This document shows, piece by piece, positions 9,458 through 18,595 of a stretch of DNA of 64,000 bases. This stretch comes from Candidatus Latescibacterota bacterium (GTDB taxonomy: Bacteria > Latescibacterota > UBA2968), in assembly GCA_965198115.1 (NCBI GenBank), contig OZ240241.1, forward strand, positions 2,880,001 through 2,944,000, read 5' to 3'. Every line of letters begins with the position of its first letter. Position 1 is the stretch's first letter. A program made the position numbers and the translations under genes. The notes under the pieces are model-generated. The model ran no database searches and was not told the DNA's origin. It worked only from the letters and a program-made list of their open reading frames with translations.

Positions 9458-11337
9458 GTGACTTTACCTACGTAGTGCTTTTGACCGAGTCCCGGGCGAG
9501 AAGGGCGATGGGTCTCGACCACGTTAGGTGGGTTGGACACCTCCCGCTCTACGCGAGACTGCGAACGAATGAGAAGCTGGTTCCTGGAACAGACAGGATA
9601 AACGGTGTATACACTGTCGAGTTTTTCGAAACTCGACATTTCGGGAGGCGGAGGCGCGATCTCGTTGCAGCGGGAGCGCATATCTTGAATCACGACAGTC
9701 GAACACACACGTCCATCATCCATCTCCAGAACCCATCTACTCGGGTCCTGAGCAGAATATCGGGAATCCACGGGGTCCAAATCGTTCGACAGCGATCCAG
9801 AAAACGATTCTGCAATAACGTGGCTACGCGGCTGATGAAGACAAAGGAGATTGTGTCACCCCTCGATCTGAGCGGAGAAGGTGAAATCATCTCGATTTGT
9901 GATTCTGGTTTGGATACGGGCGACATGAGCGACATGCATCCTGATTTCGAGGACCGTGTGATCGATATCAAGGGTTATCCAGTCAACCCATCGAATAGTC
10001 CTGAGGTTTCGAATGTGGGACATGATGATGGAGAAGATGACAGGAGCGATGGACACGGTACACACGTAGCCGGTTCGGCACTGGGTGCAGGTGTGGCGAG
10101 CATGAAAGACAAAGGCCGCCGTCGGCCGATCCGTGGTCTGGCGTACAAGGCACAGCTGGTTTTCCAGGCCGTCGAGCAGTTCGTCGAATGGAAGGATCCT
10201 GAGAATCTAGAGAAATATGGGCCCTACATGGTCTACGGGTGGCCAGACGACATGACCAAACTGCTGGAGTATGGTTTTTCTACTTGGGGAGCGAGAGCCC
10301 ATTCCTTTTCGATTGGAGGCGTCGAGCCCGGAGTCTACGACGTGGATTGTCGCAGAGTCGATAAGTTCGTCTGGGATCACAAAGAGGTGTGCATCGTGGC
10401 GGCCGTTGGGAACGACGGCCAGCAGGGGAAGAAGGGCATGATCAAAGAAAGAAGCGTGACTTCCCCGGCGTGTGCGAAGAACTGTATCGCCGTGGGTGCA
10501 AGCGAAACTCGGCGACGGCACTTCAAAAAGAAGACTTACGGTGATACCTGGGACGATTACTCGAAGGCGCCCTACAAGAACGCACAGATGGCCGATAAAC
10601 CCGATCAAGTCGCGGCTTTCAGTAGCCGTGGTCCTACCAACGACGATCGAGTCAGGCCGGATCTCGTTGCACCTGGGACATTTATTCTTTCAACACGGTC
10701 TCGCGTTCTTCCAAAGCACGAACACGGATACGGCAAATACAGAAACAAGCAGTATTTCTACCTTCACGGTACAAGCATGTCCACGCCCCTCGTGAGCGGG
10801 GCTGCCGCCGTGATGCGCGAGTACCTGAGGGAATACTGGGGTATCGATGATCCGAGTGCGGCCCTCGTAAAGGCCAGCCTGATCTATGGGGCAAAGAAGT
10901 CCCTTCGGCACGTCAAAAGGGACGAGGTGTGCGACAATCATCAGGGGTACGGCGTGATCAACCTCGATGCATCTGTCTCTGCAGTTGCTTACTACGATGT
11001 CCGAGAACGTTTGGAGACTGGGGAGTTCTATGAGTTCGAGATAAATGTTCGGTCTTCCCGCAGACCGCTGCGCATCGTGATGGCCTATACCGACTACCCT
11101 GGGGAAACACTGATCAACAATCTGAACTTGGAGTTGATCCCACCATCTGGGGATGAGACGCACTTCGGGGGCAATGGGCCCGGGCCCGACACGACAAACA
11201 ACGTGGAAGTCATCCACATCAAGAAGCCGCGCCGAGGAACGTGGACGTTGAGAGTTATGGCCGCGGAAGTAAAGAAAGGACGACAGGACTTCGCCCTCGT
11301 ATTCGGCGGACGCGCAGAGGACGTAACACCCGGCTGA
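9458..11337 (+). pseudogene. S8 subtilisin-family serine peptidase (KP-43-like), catalytic and C-terminal part; 5' end detached
   Basis: Triad CDSGLDTG, GHGTHVAGS, GTSMSTP; FSSRGPT.D.R..PD; C-terminal beta domain (NNVE). Confidence 0.9.
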
Positions 11338-11347
11338 TGGACCTACC

Positions 11348-14290
11348 GTGAACAGTTTGCAGCCCACAGAAGCCGGCTCCGGGCAAGGGCACTGGCTCAC
11401 GTTCGACGTGACTGACGGAATGTCAGGGGCGACGGTGTTCGCCACGGTCGAGGGTCCAGACGGTCGTCTCTGGTTCGGGACACAGACCGGAGGCGTCTCT
11501 ATCTACGACGGGGCAGGGTTCGAAAAGCTGGGTGTGGTGGATGGGTTGCCAGACGCCGAGGTGCGGGCCCTGGTCGTCGGGAAAGACGACCACCTGTGGA
11601 TTGGGACCAAAGGTGGTGTGGCCCTTTGGGATGGGACGCGTGTCTCGGTCCCCGAATGGCTGCGTCCGGCATTGGGGCATTTCGTCCGATGTGTTCTCCT
11701 AGTTGGGGACGAGGTCTGGCCCGGCACGGAGGCCGGGCTGATGCTTTGCGGCACATCGGGTTCGACCCTGGTGGGCGTGGAACAAGGTCTCCCCGACCGC
11801 GAAGTACACTCCCTTTTGCGCGATTCAGACGGCACCACCTGGGTGGGGACCGACGCGGGTCTCGGCAGGTTTTCGAAACACCCATCGTCCGGTATCACGA
11901 TCGAGTCATCGGTGGGCGACGTGTCGGTCAGGAGCCTCATGCGGGATTCGGCTGGACGTCTTGTGGTTGGCACGTTCGGGTCGGGTCTTCACGTTCTGGG
12001 CGATAAACACCGTGTGTTCCGTACGGAGGACGGTCTGGCGTCCGATCAGATTCTGTGCACGGTGGAGGATAGTGAAGGGTCGATGTGGATCGGAACCTGG
12101 GGAAGTGGCCTTTCCCGGTTTCGTGACGGCGCGTTCCAGACGCTGACGACCGCTGACGGCCTCGCGCAGAATGACGTCTGGTCCGCCTATCAGGATCGAG
12201 AAGGACAGCTGTGGTTCGGAACCTGGGGGAGCGGCGTCAGCCGCTACGGTGGCCCTGTCTTCCGGACTTTTTCGACGCCGCAGGGCCTCGCAAGCAGCGA
12301 TGTTTGGTGCACGGCCGAGGATCGAGACGGACTGCTGTGGTTCGGGACCTGGGGAGGTGGGCTTTTTGCCTTCGATGGGGCGGGTTTCGTCAGATACTCG
12401 ACCGAAGACGGGTTGCCCAGCCTGGATGTCGTCTGCCTGCTCGTAGATCGCGACGGAATCCTATGGGTTGGCACGGTCGGGGGTCTGGCGTGCTTCGATG
12501 GTGAGACATTCAAGACATTCAAAGTCGACGACGGGTTGGTCGACGACGAGGTCGTTGCACTGGCCGAGGATAGGGACGGAGGTCTATGGATCGGCACTGG
12601 TCTGGGAGCGTGCCGTTACGATGGAAGCTCGTTCGAAACGCTTACATCACCCGATGGCCCCGGGGACAAGGAGACTTCCGGTGTGCTGGCGGACTCGAGT
12701 GGTCGGGTCTGGTTTGCGACCGATTTCGGTGTCAGCTGTCTGAAGGAGGGGTCGTTCCGCACGTACACGACGGCGAACGGGCTGGGCAGCAACACGGCAT
12801 ATGCGCTGGCCGAAGATGAAAGCGGGACGATCTGGCTGACGACGTCGGGGGGGCTGGGATGCCTCGAGGATGATCGTTTTAGAAACGTCACGGCCGAACA
12901 GGGGTTGGCCCATACTGCTGCGTATGGTGTGATGAGCGGTCCTGGGGGCAAACTGTGGGTTACGACGCTGGGGGGCGGTGTCAGCGTTTTCGACGGCGAT
13001 ACATTCCAGACGCTGACCCGGGACGATGGTCTGGCCAGCAACGTGGTCATGGACATCCTGACCGACCGATCCGGGAACACCTGGTTCTGCACGCCTCGAG
13101 GTGTGACGCGCTTTCTACAGCCTGCCGAGTCGGCGCCCAGGGTCCGAATCGAGGCGCTGGTCGCGGATCGGAGATACGAGAGTCCGTCGAGTGCGGTTAT
13201 CCCGCACAGCATCGAGCTCATCGCGTTCGAAGTGGGTGGCGTCAGTCTGAAGACGAGACCGGGCGCGCTCGTCTATCGCTACCGTCTGAGCGGCCACGAC
13301 GACGAATGGCATTCGACACGCAGCCGGCGAATCGAGTTTTCCGGCGTCTCGGAAGGTGCCTACCGCTTCGAAGTCCTGGCGGTCGACCGGGACCTCTGCT
13401 ATTCGCCCGAACCGGCCGTGCTTGAGATCGAGGTTTCACGCGATCAGCGGGATGTGCGGATCGACGAGCTCGAACGACGGGTCGCGGAACGGACCGAGCA
13501 GCTGGAGCTCGCGCACCGGGATCTGGAGGCGTCACAGCAGGCTTTGATCAACGAGTTGGAGCGAGAACTGAACACGGCCAGAGAGATGCAACTCAGGCTG
13601 ATGCCGTCGGAAAAGCCCGAGGTGTTGGGTCTGGATGTCGCCGGACGCTGTGTCCCGGCCTCACAGGTGGGCGGCGACTTTTACCAGTACTATCCGATGC
13701 CGAGGGGGCGGTTCGCGGTGACGCTCGCCGACGTGTGCGGGCACGCGATGGCGGCGGCGATTCCCGCCGTGATGTTCAGCGGGATTTTGGAGAACGAAAC
13801 GCGTCGGGGTGGCAGGGTGGAGCATCTGTTCGGGAACCTGAATCAGACACTCCTCGGAGTCCTGGAACCCAGGACGTTCATCTGCTGTTGTGTCGGTGAA
13901 TACGATACGATGTCCGGAATCATGCGGGTGATCAACACGGGGTGCCCGTTCCCGTTTCACTTCCGATCGCGGACCGGTGACCTCGCTGAGCTGGAGGTCG
14001 CTCATTATCCGCTGGGCGTGAGATCTGAAACGAGCTTCGATGCGCAGACGGTCCAGATGGAGGTGGGAGATTATCTCATTCTGCACTCGGATGGGCTGGC
14101 AGAGACGAGCGACGCCCGTGGGGAGGTCCTCGGTTTCGACCGAATGGCGGAGCTGACGCGCGAAGGGTGCGTCTCGGGTCTGGATGCGCCGAGCCTGGTC
14201 GAACACATGATGTCTTCGGTCGAATCTTTCGGGGCTGGCAGCTCACAGGAGGACGATCGAACGGTTCTGGTCGTGAAGGTGACGGATTGA
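11348..14290 (+). CDS. Two-component-regulator beta-propeller + Y_Y_Y domain + coiled coil + PP2C/SpoIIE phosphatase
   Basis: Repeated DG L....V....D..G.LWFGT units; YRYRLSGHD; VGGDFY, ADVCGH, HSDGL, DDRT. Confidence 0.9.
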   Translation: MNSLQPTEAGSGQGHWLTFDVTDGMSGATVFATVEGPDGRLWFGTQTGGVSIYDGAGFEKLGVVDGLPDAEVRALVVGKDDHLWIGTKGGVALWDGTRVSVPEWLRPALGHFVRCVLLVGDEVWPGTEAGLMLCGTSGSTLVGVEQGLPDREVHSLLRDSDGTTWVGTDAGLGRFSKHPSSGITIESSVGDVSVRSLMRDSAGRLVVGTFGSGLHVLGDKHRVFRTEDGLASDQILCTVEDSEGSMWIGTWGSGLSRFRDGAFQTLTTADGLAQNDVWSAYQDREGQLWFGTWGSGVSRYGGPVFRTFSTPQGLASSDVWCTAEDRDGLLWFGTWGGGLFAFDGAGFVRYSTEDGLPSLDVVCLLVDRDGILWVGTVGGLACFDGETFKTFKVDDGLVDDEVVALAEDRDGGLWIGTGLGACRYDGSSFETLTSPDGPGDKETSGVLADSSGRVWFATDFGVSCLKEGSFRTYTTANGLGSNTAYALAEDESGTIWLTTSGGLGCLEDDRFRNVTAEQGLAHTAAYGVMSGPGGKLWVTTLGGGVSVFDGDTFQTLTRDDGLASNVVMDILTDRSGNTWFCTPRGVTRFLQPAESAPRVRIEALVADRRYESPSSAVIPHSIELIAFEVGGVSLKTRPGALVYRYRLSGHDDEWHSTRSRRIEFSGVSEGAYRFEVLAVDRDLCYSPEPAVLEIEVSRDQRDVRIDELERRVAERTEQLELAHRDLEASQQALINELERELNTAREMQLRLMPSEKPEVLGLDVAGRCVPASQVGGDFYQYYPMPRGRFAVTLADVCGHAMAAAIPAVMFSGILENETRRGGRVEHLFGNLNQTLLGVLEPRTFICCCVGEYDTMSGIMRVINTGCPFPFHFRSRTGDLAELEVAHYPLGVRSETSFDAQTVQMEVGDYLILHSDGLAETSDARGEVLGFDRMAELTREGCVSGLDAPSLVEHMMSSVESFGAGSSQEDDRTVLVVKVTD

Positions 14291-15831
14291 GAGTCAAGCT
14301 CCTCCAGATCACCGACCTGCATCTTTCGGATCGAGCCGACACGCCAGCAGCCGAGGCCCTCCGATGGGCGATCGATACGGCGAACACGCTGGTACCCGAT
14401 CTGGTCGCATTCACTGGAGATATGACGACCCACGGCACGGCCGAATCCGCCACCCGATTTCTCGAGCGGGCGGAGGGATTGACCGTTCCGTGGGTCTTCA
14501 CGCCCGGCAACGCGGAGTTGCGGTCGGACGGGGCGATGTCCGTCCTGGCGGAATGTGTGCTCCGCCAATCGATCGACGTCGGGGGCATCCGGTTCCTGTT
14601 GCCCGACACGTCGACGGGGCGGTTCACTCCCAAGGATCGCGCCTGGATGGATGCGGTCGATCGATCGGAGGATTGTCCGATCGTCCTCCTGACGCACTAT
14701 CCCACAGACACCTTGGACGTGGATTCACGCGAGTGGGTTACGGCGTGGTTGGCCGGTCGGCCTGTGGAGCTTTACCTGGCGGGTCACCGCCATTTCACTC
14801 GGTCGCGGTCGGTGGGTGGGTGCCAGGAGGTGATCACGCGTGGTCTGGATCCGGACAAGGCGTTCGGCGGTCCGCCAGGTATCAGTGTGTTCGAGCGAGG
14901 CGACGGTCGCTGGATCGAGGAGGCGATCGCGTGGCCCCACGGAAACGATCTTCTCCCGGCGGATACCGACCATTCGCCCGTTGGATGGTCGATTCACGGC
15001 GATCCGACCGACGCCGTCGTCGAAACGTATGACTTCGGGCTCAACGTGCTCGAGCTTCGGCCACGCGAGCCGGACTATGATTTCGACACAACGCTGTCAG
15101 AGCTGTCCCGTCTTCGCGAAGACCGACCGCTGTATCTGTCGTGGCACTTGCCCAGTCTGAACTGGGATGATGAAACCCACGCGGTACGCGGAGGGGACGA
15201 CATAAGCCGTCAGGTGGAACACGGACGACAGTGTGGCGTCGACGCATTCACGATCCACGTGCCCCAGGCTCGGGCGGACCGGATGTTCGACGGCGATGAA
15301 CCATCGGGTGTGTGGACGGCCTTCCTGGAGTACTACGATCGGCTGTTTCGCGACGCTGTGACGGACGGGATCCGCTTGTCGATCGAGAACGTACACAATG
15401 CGCCGGGAACCCCGCGAGATCGAGCGGAACGGAAGTTCGCGACTGAAATCGGAGAATACCTGGCCTGGATCGATTCGGTTCGATCCGAGATCGGATCGAT
15501 TGCGTGCGTCGGCGCCCACTTCGATGTCGGCCACGCCCGTAACAATGGCGATTTCGGAAATATCCAACCTCTGGGAGACTGGTATTCGCGCGTCGGATCG
15601 CTGGTCACGGGCTATCACATCCATCAGGTGCGGCCGCACGAGGATACGGGCAAGCTGACGAACCATCGCGACATCATCTCTCTGTATGACCGAACGATCA
15701 GTTACGCCGGGTTCCTCTACGCGTGGTCGAACCGACTCATCAACCGGGCACCCCTGTTCGTCGAGGTTCGTGACCCGGAGGAGCGACGCAGGACGACTCG
15801 GTTGTTGGAGCGACACTTTGCCGAAGGGTAG
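14287..15831 (+). CDS. Metallophosphoesterase fused to a xylose-isomerase-like TIM barrel
   Basis: ITDLH, FTGD, PGNAE, THYP, AGHRH; then SIENVH, HFDVGHA, YHIHQ, FVE. Confidence 0.75.
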   Translation: MRVKLLQITDLHLSDRADTPAAEALRWAIDTANTLVPDLVAFTGDMTTHGTAESATRFLERAEGLTVPWVFTPGNAELRSDGAMSVLAECVLRQSIDVGGIRFLLPDTSTGRFTPKDRAWMDAVDRSEDCPIVLLTHYPTDTLDVDSREWVTAWLAGRPVELYLAGHRHFTRSRSVGGCQEVITRGLDPDKAFGGPPGISVFERGDGRWIEEAIAWPHGNDLLPADTDHSPVGWSIHGDPTDAVVETYDFGLNVLELRPREPDYDFDTTLSELSRLREDRPLYLSWHLPSLNWDDETHAVRGGDDISRQVEHGRQCGVDAFTIHVPQARADRMFDGDEPSGVWTAFLEYYDRLFRDAVTDGIRLSIENVHNAPGTPRDRAERKFATEIGEYLAWIDSVRSEIGSIACVGAHFDVGHARNNGDFGNIQPLGDWYSRVGSLVTGYHIHQVRPHEDTGKLTNHRDIISLYDRTISYAGFLYAWSNRLINRAPLFVEVRDPEERRRTTRLLERHFAEG

Positions 15832-15893
15832 TGTACCCAGTTGCCGTGTTCGGTCGTGGTCGTATCAAACCAAGGTGCAATGAGGGATCGCAG

Positions 15894-16311
15894 ATGAGCG
15901 CGTTCAACCGGGCGAAGGACATCAAGGTGGGTGTGATCGGCTACGGCGGGGCATTCAACATGGGGCGTACGCACCTGACGGATATGCAAGCAGCGGGGAT
16001 GACGCCGGTGGCGGTCGCCGAGCTCGATGCGGAACGTTTGGAAGTCGCGACGGAGGAGTTTCCCGGCATTCAACCTTACCGTTCGGTGACCCGGATGCTC
16101 AACACGTCCGATGTGAACCTGGTCGTGTTGAGCACGCCGCACAACACGCACTCGAGGCTAGCGCTTCAGTGTCTGCGCGCTGGACGACACGTGATCAGCG
16201 AGAAGCCGCTGGCCATCAGAACGAGTGACTGCGACACGATGATTCGGGAGGCGAAAAAGCGAAGGTTGATGTTGACGACCTACCACAACCGGCACTGGGA
16301 CGGCTGTGTAC
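15894..16311 (+). pseudogene. Gfo/Idh/MocA oxidoreductase, N-terminal half truncated by IS3
   Basis: VGVIGYG, STPHNTH, HVISEKP, YHNRHWD, then IS3 sequence; remainder absent. Confidence 0.88.
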
Positions 16312-16379
16312 TGTCCAGCGCCCCGGGGTTTTCTTGGACACTCCGTTGACCTACAGTAGGTCGAAAAGGAGGGTCCACC

Positions 16380-16763
16380 ATGAACAAGGCTACCAGGGGA
16401 TCGGTTGGGGCGGAGCGAGCGAGAGCGAGCGGAGGCCCAGCCGATCCAAGCGCGACTTCGCAGGGTCGTTTCTCCGTGAAGAAGAAGGCCGAAGCCGTAT
16501 TACGTGTGATGCGTGGCGAGAGCCTCGACAGCGTCTCTCGCGATCTGGGAGTAACGGCAGCTAAATTGAGCGAGTGGCGCGATCAGTTCCACTCTGGCGC
16601 CCAGGCCGCACTACGCTCTCGTCCGAGCGACGAGCGTGACGAGAGGGTCAAGGACCTCCAGGCGAAGATTGGCGAGCTCACGATGGACAACGAGCTGCTG
16701 CAACAAAGAATCGATCGTCTGGAAGCCCGCCGCCCTTTGGCGCATCGGAGGTCGCGGAAATGA
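16380..16763 (+). CDS. IS3 family transposase OrfA
   Basis: HTH (KKAEAVLRVMRGES..VSRDLGV), LQAKIGELTMDNELL zipper. Confidence 0.9.
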   Translation: MNKATRGSVGAERARASGGPADPSATSQGRFSVKKKAEAVLRVMRGESLDSVSRDLGVTAAKLSEWRDQFHSGAQAALRSRPSDERDERVKDLQAKIGELTMDNELLQQRIDRLEARRPLAHRRSRK

Positions 16764-17653
16764 GTGAGGTCCTTTCGCCCTCCACGGGGAGACGCTACAG
16801 CATTAAACGCGTGTGCAAAGTGTTGCAGATACCCCGTTCCACGGTGCACAGCCAGCTTCGTCGTTCATCCGTAACCGATCTTCGGCAACCCCGGAAGCGA
16901 GGCCCGGTCGGAGCGGGTACCGATGAGGAATTGGTCTCCCTCATTCAGCAGGAGATCGACGCGTCACCCTTCCACGGCGAAGGATACCGCAAGATCTGGG
17001 CCAGGCTTCGCTTTCACGGTATGCGGACGTCAAAGGATCGGGTCCGCCGGTTGATGCGTGAAAACGGGCTCCAGGCGCGTCCAGGACGGCGTCGCGAACG
17101 ACGAGCCCACGATGGCACGATTACGACCGAGAAGCCCGATCAGATGTGGGGCACCGACCTGACTGTGACGCCCACGGTCGACGAGGGCAGAGCCTCCGTG
17201 TTTATCGCGATCGACCACTGCACGTGCGAGTGTGTGGGCATTCACGCCTCCAAGACGGCCAACCGCTTTGAGGCTCTCGAGCCGATCCGACAGGGCATCC
17301 GTGAACACTTCGGGGGCTTCGAAGAAAACATCGCCGAAGGACTGGAGCTCCGACACGATCACGGGTCACAATACGTCTCTGACGACTTCCAGAACGAGAT
17401 CGCATTCCTCGGCGTCCAAACATCGCCGAGTTTCGTGCGTGAGCCAGAAGGCAACGGATGCGCCGAGCGGTTCATCCGTACCCTCAAAGAAAACCTCCTG
17501 TGGGTTAGACACTTCAGTACCATCGAAGACCTGCGCCTCGCACTCCTTGAGTTTCGGGACAGATACAACCACAGGTGGATCATCGAACGTCACGGCTACA
17601 AGACGCCCGAACAGGCTAGAAACGCACTCACGGCAACTCGAAAGGCCGCCTGA
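16760..17653 (+). CDS. IS3 family transposase OrfB (rve integrase core)
   Basis: GYRKIWA, WGTD, HDHGSQY, NGCAERFIRTLKE. Confidence 0.93.
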   Translation: MSEVLSPSTGRRYSIKRVCKVLQIPRSTVHSQLRRSSVTDLRQPRKRGPVGAGTDEELVSLIQQEIDASPFHGEGYRKIWARLRFHGMRTSKDRVRRLMRENGLQARPGRRRERRAHDGTITTEKPDQMWGTDLTVTPTVDEGRASVFIAIDHCTCECVGIHASKTANRFEALEPIRQGIREHFGGFEENIAEGLELRHDHGSQYVSDDFQNEIAFLGVQTSPSFVREPEGNGCAERFIRTLKENLLWVRHFSTIEDLRLALLEFRDRYNHRWIIERHGYKTPEQARNALTATRKAA

Positions 17654-17693
17654 ATACACTCACCCGAGTGTCCAGACAACCGCGGGCTTTACA

Positions 17694-17783
17694 CTCCTTT
17701 CTTACGGGTACACGCTCTCATACGCGTACCCACAACGTAAGTTTGGAGCCCTTTAAGTTTCAACTACGATAGGCACCTCAACC
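17694..17783 (-). mobile_element. Mutated ~90-bp copy of the IS256-A left end
   Basis: Aligns to ~7715-7801 (ctcctttcttacgggta...gtttcaactacgataggcac) with clustered substitutions and indels. Confidence 0.85.
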
Positions 17784-18229
17784 GGTGTTCGGATGCAGAT
17801 CGATTGTACAGAACCGTTGAATGATCAGAAACAGCCGATCGGAACTCTCCAGCTTGGCGATCTGTTCTTCAAACCGAAAGTGTTCCAGGATGTTGAGCGC
17901 CCGGGTTGAGAACCCTTGATGTACTGCGTGAGATTGGCCGCGATGTCATCGGGATCGTCGCGGAGCGTCTCGAACGTAAATGGGCTTGTGTTGTGGAAAT
18001 CCAGTCCCGTGACGCGATTCAGGAGCGGCTCGATGCTGGTGACCTTGCCACCCTTCAGCTTTTCAGCCCGCTTGAGCACCCGGTCTTTCGTTGGCTGCAA
18101 AACGCAATCGAGGCGTCTCAACACCGTCAATGGCAGCATCACGTCTTTGTATTGATTCGGCCGGTAGGGCCCTCGCAGCAGATCCGCGACCGACCAGATA
18201 AAGCTGACTTTCTCACCCCAGTTGTTCAT
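17784..18229 (-). pseudogene. hsdM: Type I restriction-modification methyltransferase N-terminus, frameshifted and truncated
   Basis: FIWSVADLLRG.Y....Y..VMLPLTVLRRLDCVL..TK; frameshift near 17910 then ...LFLIIQRFCTIDLHP, cut by the IS256-A fragment. Confidence 0.88.
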
Positions 18230-18252
18230 TCTCGCTACACAGTTCTGTTTTC

Positions 18253-18582
18253 TTACTCCCAGCCCCCTGCCCAATGTCTGAACGCCTCGACCCATTCCCA
18301 ACCTTCGGGTGGCGGGTCGGGCACGTTCAGATCCAGAAGCCGAATACGCTGTTTCTCTTTCCCCCGCCGACAGACAGCCACGATGTCGTCACCGCCGGTG
18401 AGATCTACTTTATCGACTTTGACGGGCAGCCCAAGAACTTCGACTTCAAACGGAAAGGACACGTGTTCTTCAACGGCGTAGAACAGGGATGTTGCCTGTT
18501 CGGCCTCGCCGTAGGCATCTACGGTCCCTTCTTCTACCAATCGATCGAGTTCGGCTGCCGAAGGTTTGCGACGTTTACCCAT
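18253..18582 (-). CDS. CcbP-like (calcium-binding protein family) small protein
   Basis: VDAYGEAEQ...FPF..VLG..V.V...CRRG...DL...PPPEG.EWVEAFRHW family pattern. Confidence 0.6.
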   Translation of the reverse strand: MGKRRKPSAAELDRLVEEGTVDAYGEAEQATSLFYAVEEHVSFPFEVEVLGLPVKVDKVDLTGGDDIVAVCRRGKEKQRIRLLDLNVPDPPPEGWEWVEAFRHWAGGWE

Positions 18583-18595
18583 ATTTCGCCCCAGT

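Larger units (their letters stand above)
16312..17693 (+). mobile_element. IS3-family element (left end approximate, no TSD)
   Basis: IR-like ends ...ttttcttggacactc / gagtgtccagacaac...tttaca; orfA/orfB arrangement. Confidence 0.88.
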
